Assembly (NCBI GenBank): GCA_051294375.1
Contig: CM119264.1
Span: 12,792,813-12,856,812, forward strand
Direction: 5' to 3'
From: Paraspadella gotoi
Taxonomy: Eukaryota > Animalia > Chaetognatha
Length of the DNA: 64,000 bases
The position numbers were made by a program, and so were the translations under genes. This document shows positions 50,611-63,361 of this stretch, one piece after another. Within the stretch, counting starts at the first letter, position 1; each line of letters starts with the position of its first letter. The notes beneath the pieces were generated by a model that was not told where the DNA came from, made no database searches, and was given only the letters and a program-made list of their open reading frames with translations.

Positions 50611-51236
50611 TTACCTAGTTGGTCACTTTGTCGCATTCCCTCGAGAATTTGCCCATCGAGTCATCAGTTGGCAGCTTCGTGTCTTTTTGAACTTCTTTAG
50701 TTTTCCTTCCTCTTCCGTGATCCTGAGTACGTTTAGAGGTGATTCTAATGCTCCATCTCGCTTGAGATCCTTCGATTCGACAGAGAACATTTGACGCAAT
50801 CTCCAGTCCGTCGGACGATTCGCCATGATTTCTTGATTTCAAGAACGAACAAGTTTTTGCTTTTAAAATTGTTTTTGGGATTGGCTTCTTCTCGTGCTTC
50901 GTTGCCGGACCATCAATGCTTTCTATAGCCTCGATGAAATGAAAAACCCCTGTCGCTGCCGCTGTCAAAGGAGACGTCAGCGAAGGCGTCCGAAAGTCAA
51001 GAGGTCGCCAGTCAGATCAAGTCACTTTCAATGAATAGATAAAATAGTAATCACGAATCAAGATTCCATAGTCACTATTCTAGGACTATTTAAGATTTTT
51101 TCCAATAAAAAATATTATAGAAAAACATAATTCTCATAAAAGTATTAAGCACGAACATATTTTCTGTTAAAAAGGTATATTAAGTTTGAATAAAGAAATG
51201 CAAAAAATACTTTAGAACAGAACTGGCTTAACTTTA

Positions 51237-54128
51237 CACGGTTCCTTTTTACACATGATTTATGGATGGAGTGCACAAGATGAATGTCCCTGGGATACGT
51301 TTCCAGACCTTTGCGCTACACAAAAAAAAGGGTAACAAGATTTTCCTAATGACTGTTTTTTTATAATTAATATTGAAAATTGCTATATAAAATCAATAAA
51401 GTAGAATAAAAAAATTAAAAAATGGTTTAAATTTTTTTAAAAATGAAAATATCTGCATCATCCATAATCTGATGAACAATTTCTTTCGTTTGAGGTCGCA
51501 TAACATTATTTTATCTTTAATAGTTATTTGTAATTAATTCTTTATTAAAATGATTATTTAATTTTTTTCAGGTATTTAAATAAAAAAAATTATAACTATG
51601 CCAATGATAAGAAGAAATTTTATATTATAATGGACTTACCTACCTAATATAGGCTTTCAAATACATATATAGTAAGTTTTATATGATTATGTTTTTGATA
51701 TAGAAAATAAAATATTTAAATAATTAAATATATGAATAAATTGATAACTTTGAATTTTTTTTTAGCATATACAACATAATTTTAATTATTTGTTCATGAT
51801 GCTTTTAATAGCTACTGGTCAGTTGTTTCCTTTTAATATAATAATTTGATAACTTCTTTTTTTTTAGTAATACTGACTGCTATATTTACTTACTTTTGAC
51901 AAAATCCAAAATTACTGATATAAAAAATTATGTAAGAAACAGACGAAAACTTTTTTTTTAATCAGATGCTATTATATTTTTGAGTGATTATATTATCTTG
52001 GACAAAATTTAAAAAGTTTTAAAACAATCCCAACTCGAATTTTTAAGGCCAAGTTAGGTTGTTTAAAAAAACTCAGATGCAAAAAAGTATAAAAAGTTAA
52101 TTCGTCTTGAATATACTTTTGAGAAAAAAAGAGGAGCAGGTGGTGTGGTATCAATTAAGAGCCCTAATCATGGGACACATTTCTAGACAGTTTTATTAAA
52201 TTTTATCCATAATCTTTACACAGTTTTTATTTGAAATACGAGTTAAAAGTATAACAGTTTTTTGCATTACAAATTCAATGAAGGCATATGAATTTTTTGT
52301 TTTTCTTTTGCTGACATTGAAAGAGGAAAGTCTTGAATTAATTTTAATTTCATTAAATTTTCTCAACTTTATAATTTGCTTTATTTTTAGTTAAAATAAA
52401 AAACAGCAAAAATTTTAGGTGTTGATAAAATGTTTTTTTAATATGAAAAATGATAAATAATATAAAATTTTTTCAGCTTGATATAAACAGTCTGGACGTC
52501 TACCTTCTTGTCTGTGAAAAAAAATAATCATATTTCATTATCTTCAACTGCAAAGCAAAAGCTTGATTACTGCTTGTATCGTAATAAATTTTAAAAAATT
52601 ACTTAACTGCTGACATATTTGACAAAGCAAGACATCATTGGTGTGTTGTATTGCTAATTTCTTTTAAATATAACAACCTTTATAAAGGGAATTTATATTT
52701 ATTATTATCAGCATTTTATATTAGAAGAAAAATTCGCAAAAGGGTTCATTGACTGACTTAATGATTGCATTTTTTTAAGGTTTCTTTACTGCCCCATTAG
52801 CAAGACATAAAAGGTCATTATATCATGTCACTATTGTACATATTTCTCTACCCTTTTATGCCACCTGCATTCTGAATTTTTCTTTTTTCCCTTTCAAATG
52901 TATTAAATTAAAAAATTAATTGATGAGAACGAACAGCATGAGATACCGTTGTAAGCCTTAGTTACCCCACTTCCAATCAAATTTTAAACAAGGTTTTTTT
53001 TTCATCTTTCATAGACTAACTTAACTATTGTATTATTTATTTTTGATTTTTTACATTCATCTTTAAGCGTAAATAAAGAAAGTTTTGCGTCGTCAATAAA
53101 AACTTATAGAAAAAAAAAGTAAAATGTTTTCAAAATTAAAAAATCTATAGAGAATCTACTATACTTAACAAATATACTGACGTTAATATGTATTAGACTT
53201 GAATGCCCACTCCAAATAAAAACTGTTAAATATACTGTCTTTCTGTCATATTAAAAGAGGCTACTGAATTAAGTTAAAACCTACAAAGCAGTCCGAATAT
53301 CAATTATTTATTACATTTGACAACCTTAAAAATGTCTAGTTGGGGATTGTTTTAAAACTTTTTGAATTTTGTCCAAGTAATATTATATCAGTTCAAACAA
53401 TTAAATAGCATGTTGATTTTAAAAAAAGTTTTTGTCTGTTTCATACATAATTTTTAATATCAGTATTTTTGGATTTTGTCAAAAGTAGAGTACATATAGC
53501 AGTCAGTATTATTAAATAAAGAAGTATAAATTATTATAATTGAGTTAATGATAAACTGACTAGTAAGCTATTAAAAGCATCATGAACATTAATTAATATT
53601 ATTGTTTTATTATGCTAAAAAAAATCAGTTAAATTTTTTTCATGATATTATTTATTAAATTATTTATTTTCTATGTCAAACATCATCATATAAACTTTAC
53701 TATATATGTATTTGAAGCCTATATTAGGTAGGTAAGTCCCTTATAATATAAAATTTTTCTTCAATCATTTGGCATAGTTATAATTTTTTTAATTAAATTA
53801 TTTTGAAAAAAAATTAAAATAATATTTTATTAAAGAAATATTATTACAACATAAACTATTAAAGATAGATAATGGTTATTGGACTCAAACGAAAGAAAAA
53901 TTGTTCATAGATTTGGATGATGCATGATATTTCATTTTAAAAAAATTTAAACCATTTTTTTAATTACTTATTGATTTATATAGCTAATTTTAATTTAATT
54001 TATTAAAAAACTTGGTCATTAGGAAACATTTGTTACCTTTTTTTGTGTGCCCAAAGTCCGGAAACGTATCCCGAGCATCTCATTCTTGTGCACTCCATGC
54101 CGATTAATCGATGTAAAAAGGAACCGTG
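51237..54128. mobile_element. Non-autonomous Chapaev-like (CMC) DNA transposon with about 800-bp TIRs
   Basis: Ends CACGGTTCCTTTTTACA / TGTAAAAAGGAACCGTG; imperfect inverted arms about 51237-52048 and 53324-54128; 4-bp TSD TTTA (51233-51236, 54129-54132). CAC..GTG termini with a 4-bp TSD are the Chapaev hallmark. Confidence 0.8.
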
Positions 54129-56507
54129 TTTATGTTTATCGTGTCCCGAGGGTGTGCCAAATGCCAAAAGTTGCTCGATTCAAAATGAGTCTCAGATAAT
54201 ATTGTGGAGCCTAAAAAAAGATGTTAGAACAATCGCATTTAAATTAAGTTGATCACTGGCCGTGCTACCCTGCTGAAGGATTTTTGCACACCTTTCACTT
54301 CATAGTTTATTGTGTCTAAAATAAGAAAGGTTTTTTGTCCACTTAAATTTATTAGTTGTAAAAGTATATAAAGTTAATTCAAATAAATTTTTAGATCTTA
54401 ACTACTCTGGAGGCTCTGCTGCAGCATTTACAATATGCTGGAGGAGGTGGTAGCTATTAAAGTAAAGAGTATATCTTTTGAGTGCTGATGGTACTATAAA
54501 AGTTCCTATAAATTATTTCATTAACAAGCCTTTTAACTAATTTCATAACTTTTTTTGAAAATGCAAGTATGTCTACATCCTGGAGGATACTTCTGTACAG
54601 TTTTTATAATTGCTTAAATTATTACAAAATTATATCTATTAATTAGATAGTAAGACAGTTTTATAAAAATAGATAAGATAAAAGTTTTTGGTAAATCTAA
54701 ATTGATTGACCAACAACTTTTCATGGGAGCCTCTTTTGAAGGATTCTGAAAATTTATCTCCACACCCCATCAATTAAAAAAAGGAAAGTTATGTTATCAA
54801 AATAGCTTTAATAGCTGGCCAAATACTCGTAGTTACTTTTTTAATTAAAATTTTTTGAACAGCATCTTTATACGACCTGTAAAGGCATTTCCAATATGCT
54901 GGAGGATGTGGACAAAGGCTTTGCTGCTGATAAAGCTTTTAATTAAAGAATAAAATCCTATTTTTTATTAAAATATGGTCATATAAATGATAGACTAATC
55001 AATACCATTACTTCTAACAAGGTGTGCCTACACTTTGTAGATTCTTCATGTACAGACTGCTTGAAGGATAAAATATCTTTATTATATTATTATAAATAAA
55101 TATATTTTTTATCATAATATGATAATATCAGATAAAGCAATCAGCTGATATCAACTTAAGAATAATATATCTAAAAAATAAAAAATAGCAAGACACATGA
55201 AAAATGAACGTGGCGAACGTCTCGTGCTGATTTGTCCTTTAAAATTTCATTTCTGAGCAAGATAATGATCAACTAATTTTGGTAATATGTGCGATATACA
55301 CTACTGGACATATCTGTATCTGACATAACCCTTGACCATCACAAAAAAAGCTAACTAGATCAAAAATAGTAAAAAAGATGAAGCAATATAGGCTCGAAAC
55401 GCTTACAAAATTTTAGACCATGCTTTTTTATAAATCAAAAAAAATATTAATATTATTAAACAAAACTTTAACGATAACTTAATAGTTACGAGACCAAGAT
55501 GATATTTTTTACCCATCATTTCTCAATTTATATGAATCATATGTTTTTGTAATAGTCAATTATCTAAATAACAATATGACAAATTCATTTNNNNNNNNNN
55601 NNNNNNNNNNNNNNNCTTTAAAATCACTTGATTTACATAAAAACCCATTAACTTCGTCCCTATAGAGGTTAACTTCGTCAACGTAAGAGAGATGGTGAGA
55701 TGATTCTTAATATTGGTGATTTTTTGGTGTAAACCCCCGTAGTACGTAATCTCTTCGAAAGAACATAAAATATATCTCAGTGCGACAGCCTAACTTTTGA
55801 CGATAATTTCGGAAAAAAGAAAACATGAAATTTCCTAAATTTTAATAACATCGACGAATCATTTTAATTGCGCGCGTGAACAGTTGTGATAACAATAAAT
55901 AAATAACAAAATAACATTTGATGCGAGAATTGGCAATAACGGTTAATGCGAGAGATTATTTTGTTTCGGTTTTCGGTCTTGTGGCAACAATATTAAAGAT
56001 AGCGTTGTGACCTGAGTAGATAAATATTAATATAAAAAGGTCGCGAAGTAGAAAGTAATTATTAAGACGAGATCGTAATATAATAGATAAGTAAGCATTA
56101 CAGCGAGATTTTTAAGTAATAACATTAAAAAGTGTATCGTTGAGCAGCATAAGTTGTTTGAGGGCCTTGATGTCATGACCCGTAAATAGCACTCTGTTGT
56201 TTATTATTCTTTTTGTTTGTTCTTATTGTTAGCTTCGATGTTTCCGGTTCTACACAACCCATTGACTGGAAAAAAATTGATTATGAAATAAAAATAGATA
56301 AAAATGTTCCCTGCTTTGGTCCACACTAGTTAGAAATTAATAAATAAACTTGAAAGAAGAGATAAATAGAAATGATGTTTCTTCGAGGGTTGTTCTTTTG
56401 ATGTTCGTCGTCTGTGGCGTCATCTTTCACCAGCCGATGGAACTCGCTGTAAAAATTTCAATCGCCTTTTGTTTGTAGTAAAAAAACAAAAGACTTTGAG
56501 AAATTCG

Positions 56508-56513
56508 TTTATT
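56508..56513 (-). promoter_or_regulatory. Candidate polyadenylation signal of the myosin gene
   Basis: AATAAA on the minus strand about 145 nt after the TAA at 56656; AT-rich context makes this weak. Confidence 0.4.
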
Positions 56514-56655
56514 GTAGAAGTAGGTCTTTGGTTGTCTTAGTCCTTTGAACGTAGAGGCGAGGGTCTTGTCTATGGTGTGGAAGTGGTTGGTGGGTGGTTA
56601 GGTGGTTTGGTGGTGACTGTTGGCGAGAGGCTATAAAGCGGGTGGTCGCCTGATT

Positions 56656-56712
56656 TTAAGACTCCAAAGAGGAGAGAAGGCGGCCGTGGACCCACTTCAT
56701 CTTGCGAGCACT
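56656..56712 (-). CDS. Mhc: Myosin heavy chain, putative terminal exon
   Basis: (CT)n-CAACAG acceptor, phase 0, SARKMKWVHGRLLSSLES*. Confidence 0.6.
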   Translation of the reverse strand, partial: SARKMKWVHGRLLSSLES

Positions 56713-56714
56713 CT

Positions 56715-56820
<106 letters not shown>

Positions 56821-57218
56821 AAAATGAAACTTCGATCGTTCCCAGATCACAGCTAATAGAAGCATTCCATCGTAATGTATATATATAGGTTAATATAAAA
56901 AATATGTACATACCTAAAAATTAGCGTAAAATTTCTATAGATGAATTCATGCGCTCTTGCAGATAAATCTTTCTCTTAAGATGCTGTAATTGTAAAAGAA
57001 AAAAAAATATTGTTACTTATATTTATATTCTAATCGTGGAATGCTCTGTTTAACTGTAATCGGTTTTATATTAGTAAATAAAAAAAGATCCTATCGATTA
57101 AAAGCGCTACGTTATTCAAAGCGATATAAATGAATTAATCTAGATAAGTTTCTTTTTAAAAAAAAAAATCGCAATCCCCACACAGTCAACGCCCCCCCCA
57201 CACACACACGGCACCCAC

Positions 57219-57373
57219 CTCGATGGCGGCGAGCATTTCCTTCTTGTCCCTGAGCAACGAAGTCGCCGCTTTGTCCAATTTGGCGACGTCGTCCATGATG
57301 ACGAAGATGTCACCCTTGGCGGCCGCCTTCGTCGATTCCACGCCGATGGCCTTGGCCTTCAACTGTCCGTAGT
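57219..57373 (-). CDS. Mhc: Myosin heavy chain tail exon
   Basis: DYGQLKAKAIGVESTKAAAKGDIFVIMDDVAKLDKAATSLLRDKKEMLAAIE; phase 1/0. Confidence 0.8.
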
Positions 57374-57689
57374 CTAAGGACGGGGGGAAGATGGGGTTGA
57401 GACGATAACGCTTCTCGCACGAGGGACGGCTTAGTCCGTTTCGTCTCCGAGTCGTAACCCGGAGATCCGGTGATAAATTTAAAAAAAAAAATACTGTTTA
57501 AATACAGTCTTTGTGGGAGATACGAGTGCATTGATTGTTTTTGCCAATATTTAAATTCACATAGCGGAATCATTTTTTCAAGGCAGTTCAGTTACAACTG
57601 AAGACTCTGTATATAAATATTAAATAACCTGTGCATGCGATTCCTTTACAACAAAATAAAATTACCGAGGCAGTTCAAATGGAAAGAAG

Positions 57690-57756
<67 letters not shown>

Positions 57757-57957
57757 AGAGAAGAGAGGAGAGAGAGAGACAAGAAGAGAGTATTTTTCCT
57801 AATTGAAAAAAATGAATCGGTTGGGTTTTCGCCATCCTTCTACGCTCTTTAATCAAACTCGATCCGCGAAGACAAACGACAGAATTCCTCATCGTCGGCC
57901 GCTTTAACGAAGACAACAACGACAACGACAACAACGACAACAACGACGCTATCTCAC

Positions 57958-58068
57958 CCTGCTGGAGTCCTTCGTTCTTGTGCTTCATCTTGGAGAGGTC
58001 GGCGCTCGTCGAGTCTTTGATCGCCGTCAACTCCGTCTTCGTCTTCTCCAACTCTTTCTTCATCGAGG
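57958..58068 (-). CDS. Mhc: Myosin heavy chain tail exon
   Basis: ASMKKELEKTKTELTAIKDSTSADLSKMKHKNEGLQQ; phase 1/1. Confidence 0.8.
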
Positions 58069-58302
58069 CTGCGTCGAGGAAGTTGGAGGGGGGGGAGGGA
58101 GAGGGAGAAGGAGAGGGAGAATGTGTGAGATTAGGAGGAGTACGAGAACGAAAGTGAGATACGTAGTACGTGCAGTGCCGAGATTAAAAGATAATATTTA
58201 CCTTTCAGTTGTACTAAAATTATACTTTGTACTTTGTCAATCGAAACTCTTATTCATCGGCATCATCCTCCGACTTCTTCCTCGACAACCCCGTCGACTC
58301 AC

Positions 58303-58416
58303 CCCTCTCGTTGGTGGCCTTCGTCTGGAGAGTGTTGAGTTTCCCCTGCACGGTTTTGGCCGCCTCTTCGCCGGCGGTGATGGCCTCCAAGTCCGCGGAG
58401 GCCACGGCTCCCATGC
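58303..58416 (-). CDS. Mhc: Myosin heavy chain tail exon
   Basis: GMGAVASADLEAITAGEEAAKTVQGKLNTLQTKATNER; phase 1/1, GTGAGT donor. Confidence 0.8.
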
Positions 58417-58537
58417 CTGGAGAAAAAAAAGCAAACGGAAGTTTTCATTATTTTCCAATTTCTTCGTTAATCCAATTAATACTTCGCTTAGTTAATTCTT
58501 CGGATAAATTTTTATTACTCCCTCGCCTTCCCCTTAC

Positions 58538-58634
58538 CCTCGATGGTGGCCTGGAGGGAAGCTTTCTTCGCCATGAGTTGGCCGTTGGTGGCTTCAACGG
58601 CTTGGCGGGAGGCGACGGCTTCGTCGAGAAGGCC
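58538..58634 (-). CDS. Mhc: Myosin heavy chain tail exon
   Basis: GLLDEAVASRQAVEATNGQLMAKKASLQATIE; phase 0/1, GTAAG donor. Confidence 0.8.
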
Positions 58635-58639
58635 CTAGA

Positions 58640-58719
<80 letters not shown>

Positions 58720-58833
58720 CAATCGTATACGCTCTTCAAAACTTTTATAAAATATATTCGGAACTTCTTAACAATAACTTTGTTTTGATTTCTCGCTCAG
58801 CCAATCAATCAATCAATCAATCATTGAACAAAC

Positions 58834-58969
58834 CTGGAGCTTGGAGAGCCCCTCGCTCATGGCCTTCCTGCGAGCCTCCTCTGCCATCTTGGCCTTGATC
58901 TTTCCCATCTCGCCTTTCACCATCGTGTAAAACTTGTACCAGGCCCAGTCGCGGACCGCGTAGTACAAC
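58834..58969 (-). CDS. Mhc: Myosin heavy chain exon (RLC site, head-rod junction)
   Basis: LYYAVRDWAWYKFYTMVKGEMGKIKAKMAEEARRK..; WxW hook; phase 2/0. Confidence 0.88.
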
Positions 58970-59242
58970 CTGGAAACCGGAGACAAAATATATATATTTT
59001 TTAATTGACGAAATTTATTATTAATATGTGTTTTTTTCCTTTCCAGAAAAATAGTAAAACGAGTTGTTGCACAAAACGAAGATTGGAAGACAGAGAAAAT
59101 TTTAACGAAACATAACTTTGACCGCGCGCGAATAAGAATTGACAAATACTACTAAAAGAGTTCAAGTTAGTAAGTCAACGTTTCGGTTTTTAAAACAATT
59201 TTAAGATGAAGTTTCAAAAAAATTTAGAGTAGAAAAAATCGA

Positions 59243-59280
<38 letters not shown>

Positions 59281-59614
59281 CAGTTACTTTCTCCACGCCG
59301 ACGATTTATCGCAATAATTCGATCTCTCTGTAAAACACGAGTCGAAATAAAGAGAGATCGATGGAAGTAAACAAAGAGAGATCGAATCGAGCCTGGGATC
59401 GTCTGCGATCAGCGACTTAAGCCGCCATAAATTAAAAAACCTTTTCTTCTCAAAACCATGAAAATAAAAATTGAAAAGCGGAATTACAAGAGCTTGTACT
59501 CATCAAGGATGGATAATGGATATGATGGATTTCGTTAACACAATAAAGCCTTCCCATCAACTCTTCCAACCTAACGAGCGCGACTGACCGACCTATCCAA
59601 AGCAACGAACTGAC

Positions 59615-59934
59615 CTGATGTTCCTCTGGAGGGCGCTGGTGAGGACCTTCTGGGTCTTGAGCGCGTTGTAGGTGGAGAGCTTCATGAGGACGACCCTGGC
59701 CGTGCACTGCATCTTGACGATGATCTTGGAGAGGGCGCCCTCGCGGATCTCCTCCAGCATGGAGAGGCGACCCGCGCGGAACATGATCTTGGTGTGGCCG
59801 CAACGGAAATCGTCGGGATCGAGGCCGGCGAGGGGCAGAGCCTTGGCGGCGCAGTCCTTCGCGTTGTCCTTCATGTCGGAGAAAGTCTTGGGCGCGATGA
59901 TGGAGTAGCGCTGCATGAAGTCGGCGTGGGGAAC
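59615..59934 (-). CDS. Mhc: Myosin heavy chain exon (converter, IQ region)
   Basis: VPHADFMQRYSII..FRCGHTKIMFRAGRLSMLEEIRE..LQRNI. Confidence 0.92.
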
Positions 59935-60337
59935 CTGGCGTTGGAGGGAGCGGTCAGAAGAGGAGGTAACATATACTGTAATGCAGTTTTTTTTTTAAAT
60001 GTTTTTTTTTTTGCGTCTTTAGTGACATAGTTAAAGATATTATTCATGTCAACTTGCTTAGTTTCATGTCAAATATTGCAACATTTACGCTCGCTTATAT
60101 TTCCATCGTTTCTGTTTTTAATATTTGTTAATGTCATGAGGTAGCAGAACTAAATCACGAAATAAAATTTTTACTTCGTACTGGATTGGTTCTTCTCTCC
60201 ATTTTCTTATAGTGCTTTATACACGCTGCTGTGGCGATATACTGCAGTCATAAAATGTTTTTTTTCAATTGAGGAAGGAGCGAGTTGTTTGTTTGCGTCG
60301 TCTCTTTTATAAAGTATTTATTTTATTTTCCCCTCAC

Positions 60338-60518
60338 CTTGTTAGGCAGACCCAACATGCAAATACGGATGCCCTCCAGCACGCCGTTGCAGTTGAGCTG
60401 ATGCATGACAAGTGGCGCGTCGATGTGACCGGACTTCTTGATCTCGTTGGGGATGATGCATCGCACAAAGTGAGGGTGAGTCGAGTGCAAGTTGTGCATC
60501 AACTTGTGCAGGGACTCC
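60338..60518 (-). CDS. Mhc: Myosin heavy chain motor exon (SH2/SH1)
   Basis: [40 protein letters not shown]. Confidence 0.95.
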
Positions 60519-60607
60519 CTGTAGTAGGAACATGGATTTAAGGGTGACAACGACGAAGATTACAAACTCCAAGAATGACGACGACGAATCAGCCGCCGAA
60601 CTCTGAC

Positions 60608-60741
60608 CTGTGGGCGGCGGAGATGGTCATCATGGAAGCTCCCTTCTTCTTGGTGCCATCATCCTTCTCCTGGAAGACGAGAGAGACGACGGAATTTCCG
60701 GCGCCGCCCATCATTCCGATGACGGCCTCGTTCACGGGATC
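60608..60741 (-). CDS. Mhc: Myosin heavy chain motor exon (loop 2)
   Basis: DPVNEAVIGMMGGAGNSVVSLVFQEKDDGTKKKGASMMTISAAH. Confidence 0.9.
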
Positions 60742-60833
60742 CTGGAGATCGTTATGAAATGTATCGACTTGTTTTAATTTTTTACGGAAAAAATATTAAA
60801 TATTTCATCCGATAATCGAGCATCCACGCTTAC

Positions 60834-61240
60834 CTTGTTCTTGAAGAGCCAGCCGGTGACGTTGTAGCCGACGGTTCCTGCGTAGTGATGGATCTCGAAG
60901 TGAGCCTCGGGCTTGCCCTTCTTGGCCGGCTTGGGCTTTCCGAAGGACGTGTGCTTGCCCAAGTGCTTGCCCATCATCTTCTCGAGGTAGGTCTTGTCGG
61001 TGGCCTTGGGCACGATGCACTCTTCCTCCAGCATGGCGAGGATGCCCATCTTCTTCTCGATGAGCTCGATGGTCTTGACCAAGTCCATACCGAAGTCGAC
61101 GAAGGCCCACTGGATGCCCTCCGCCTTGTACTCCTCCTGCTCCTGGACGAACATGTGGTGGTTGAAGAACTGCTGCAGGCGCTCGTTGGTGTAGTTGATG
61201 AGCAGCTGCTCCAGCACGTTGAGCTCGAAGATCTCGAAGC
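60834..61240 (-). CDS. Mhc: Myosin heavy chain motor exon (switch II, relay)
   Basis: [56 protein letters not shown]. Confidence 0.95.
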
Positions 61241-61357
61241 CTGCGAAGGGAATCGGGAGTATAGAATAGTTATGATAATTTACTTACTAATCTTTGGAAT
61301 TAATTAATTAATTAATAAATCAATGAATCATTTAATCTGTCTATGAACTCTGCTCAC

Positions 61358-61490
61358 CGGCGATGTCCAAGACACCGATGAAGTTCTTCCTCGGGTTGGG
61401 GGTGTCGAGAGAATCGTTAACCAAGCGGACGATCCAATCGAACATCCTGGCGAAGAGAGACTTGGAGGTGGCGGAGACCGAGAAAGAGAC
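61358..61490 (-). CDS. Mhc: Myosin heavy chain motor exon
   Basis: SKSLFARMFDWIVRLVN..FIGVLDIA G|GTGAG. Confidence 0.93.
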
Positions 61491-61838
61491 CTGGACATTG
61501 GACGAAAAAGCCGTAGAGAGATTTCGACTCATCGACAACATGACTCTCAGACTTGACTTGAAGGGCATTCGTCGTACAAGGGACTACCAATGATCTATGA
61601 CCTCAGGTCATTGGTTTCAGCGTCCAGGGCTTCGACGGGTTTCTTCCGTCGTGGCCGGAGCCACGAGGGACAGAACCGTTTCAACCTTCGAACTATACAC
61701 ATCACGTTATTGCCTTTGTTTTAAAATATTTACTATGTTTTGTCTCGCCAATGTTTTACCTACTTAAATATTTTAATATTTAATATATAATATAATTACA
61801 AAACTCCACCGAGGCTAAGTTTCGCGAGTCTCACTCAC

Positions 61839-61946
61839 CTGGTCCAAGTTCTGACCCTTCTTCACGAAGTCCTTGCCGACCTTCAACTTGGGCTTCATGA
61901 AAGTGTCGATGAAGAAGTCGGCCTCGATTCCCAGGATATCGGCGGC
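61839..61946 (-). CDS. Mhc: Myosin heavy chain motor exon
   Basis: AADILGIEADFFIDTFMKPKLKVGKDFVKKGQNLDQ. Confidence 0.92.
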
Positions 61947-61967
61947 CTGAAGAAGACGAAGGAATAG

Positions 61968-62028
<61 letters not shown>

Positions 62029-62128
62029 ATCAATCATTGATTGGTTTAAAACTTGATCGATCAGAAATTGAATAAGTCAATAAATTATTCAAATCAATTA
62101 CAAATTAATTAATCAAACAATTTATCAG

Positions 62129-62264
<136 letters not shown>

Positions 62265-62265
62265 C

Positions 62266-62361
62266 CTTAGAGATGCTCTCGGTGCCGTCGGGCTCGGCCT
62301 GCTCCTCTCTGCCCTTCATCTTCCACTTGGAGTTGCCCATGTAGCAGATGGCGATGGTGCC
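62266..62361 (-). CDS. Mhc: Myosin heavy chain motor exon
   Basis: GTIAICYMGNSKWKMKGREEQAEPDGTESISK. Confidence 0.9.
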
Positions 62362-62480
62362 CTGGTTTGAAGGGAGAGAATGAGTATTGATATAAGAATA
62401 GAGATAGATATAGATAGATAGAGAGAGAGAGCGGGAGAGAGGAAGCGGGAGAGAGAGGAGAAGAGAAGAAAGAGTGTTTT

Positions 62481-62587
62481 TTGAAGAGACCATCCTTAGT
62501 CCTCCTGCGTGAAACCCAAGATGTCGAGGCTTCGTCCGTCGCTTGCATCTCAGCCTTGTCGTCCATCCTGTCGACGGTCAAGACTCC
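62481..62587 (-). CDS. Mhc: Myosin heavy chain motor exon (in collinear position, with indels)
   Basis: [20 protein letters not shown]..; indels and a corrupted donor relative to the clean copy at 63846-63953. Confidence 0.7.
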
Positions 62588-62658
62588 CTGGATAGGAAAT
62601 AGTTGAAGTAGTTTCACTATATCCTATCAAATTAGTCACATTAGATCTAAAAATAAAC

Positions 62659-62877
62659 CTGGTTGATGAAGAAATAGTCTCCGGGGTGAGGCTTGTCTCC
62701 AACAGACACAAGGAATGGTACTTGGGATAAGCGTCGGTCATGATCTGGTAGAAGATGTGGTAGTTCCTCTCGATCTCCAGCTGGAAGGTGATGCGAGACT
62801 TCTCCAGCAGGTAAGTCTCGATATCGGCGGCGGCGATCTTCGACGTCGGGCCAAAGTGGATACGGATAGAACTTACC
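62659..62877 (-). CDS. Mhc: Myosin heavy chain motor exon (with apparent 1-nt errors)
   Basis: GKF(I)[48 protein letters not shown]. Confidence 0.88.
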
Positions 62878-62983
62878 CTGTTGGGGGGGAATGAATTTAT
62901 GTCGGGGGGGGGGGCGGTTGTAGACGAAAGAAGAACTCCTCATTGACATCAAACAACAACAACTAACATCAACAACAACTTAC

Positions 62984-63113
62984 GAATCTGGAAGAGTTGT
63001 TGTTCCTGACGGTCTTGGCGTTTCCGTAAGACTCCAGAGGAGGGTTGGCCTGGAACAATCTGGTCCTCGAGAGATCCCATCTTGCCCGAGGTGTCTGCCT
63101 TGGACTTGGCGGC
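62984..63113 (-). CDS. Mhc: Myosin heavy chain motor exon (loop 1, switch I; one extra base)
   Basis: GSLEDQIV(Q)ANPPLESYGNAKTVRNNNSSRF|GTAAG. Confidence 0.9.
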
Positions 63114-63286
63114 CTTGAAGGGTATAGGGGGAAATGTAAAATTAGAGAGAGAGAGGAGAGGAGAAGAGAGAGAGAAGAGAAGGAGAGAGAGAAAGAGAGA
63201 GAGAGAGAGAGATAGAGAGAGAGAAGAGAGAGACTTTCTTTTGGATCGGCGCAGTTCAAGGCGTAGTATTGCAAGACTTTCTTTTT

Positions 63287-63361
<75 letters not shown>

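Noticed and set aside
57399-57470. Hammerhead-ribozyme-like half on the minus strand (hairpin, CGAAAC, stem, GUC)
   Set aside because: The CUGANGA core is absent on both sides, so it cannot be a functional hammerhead.
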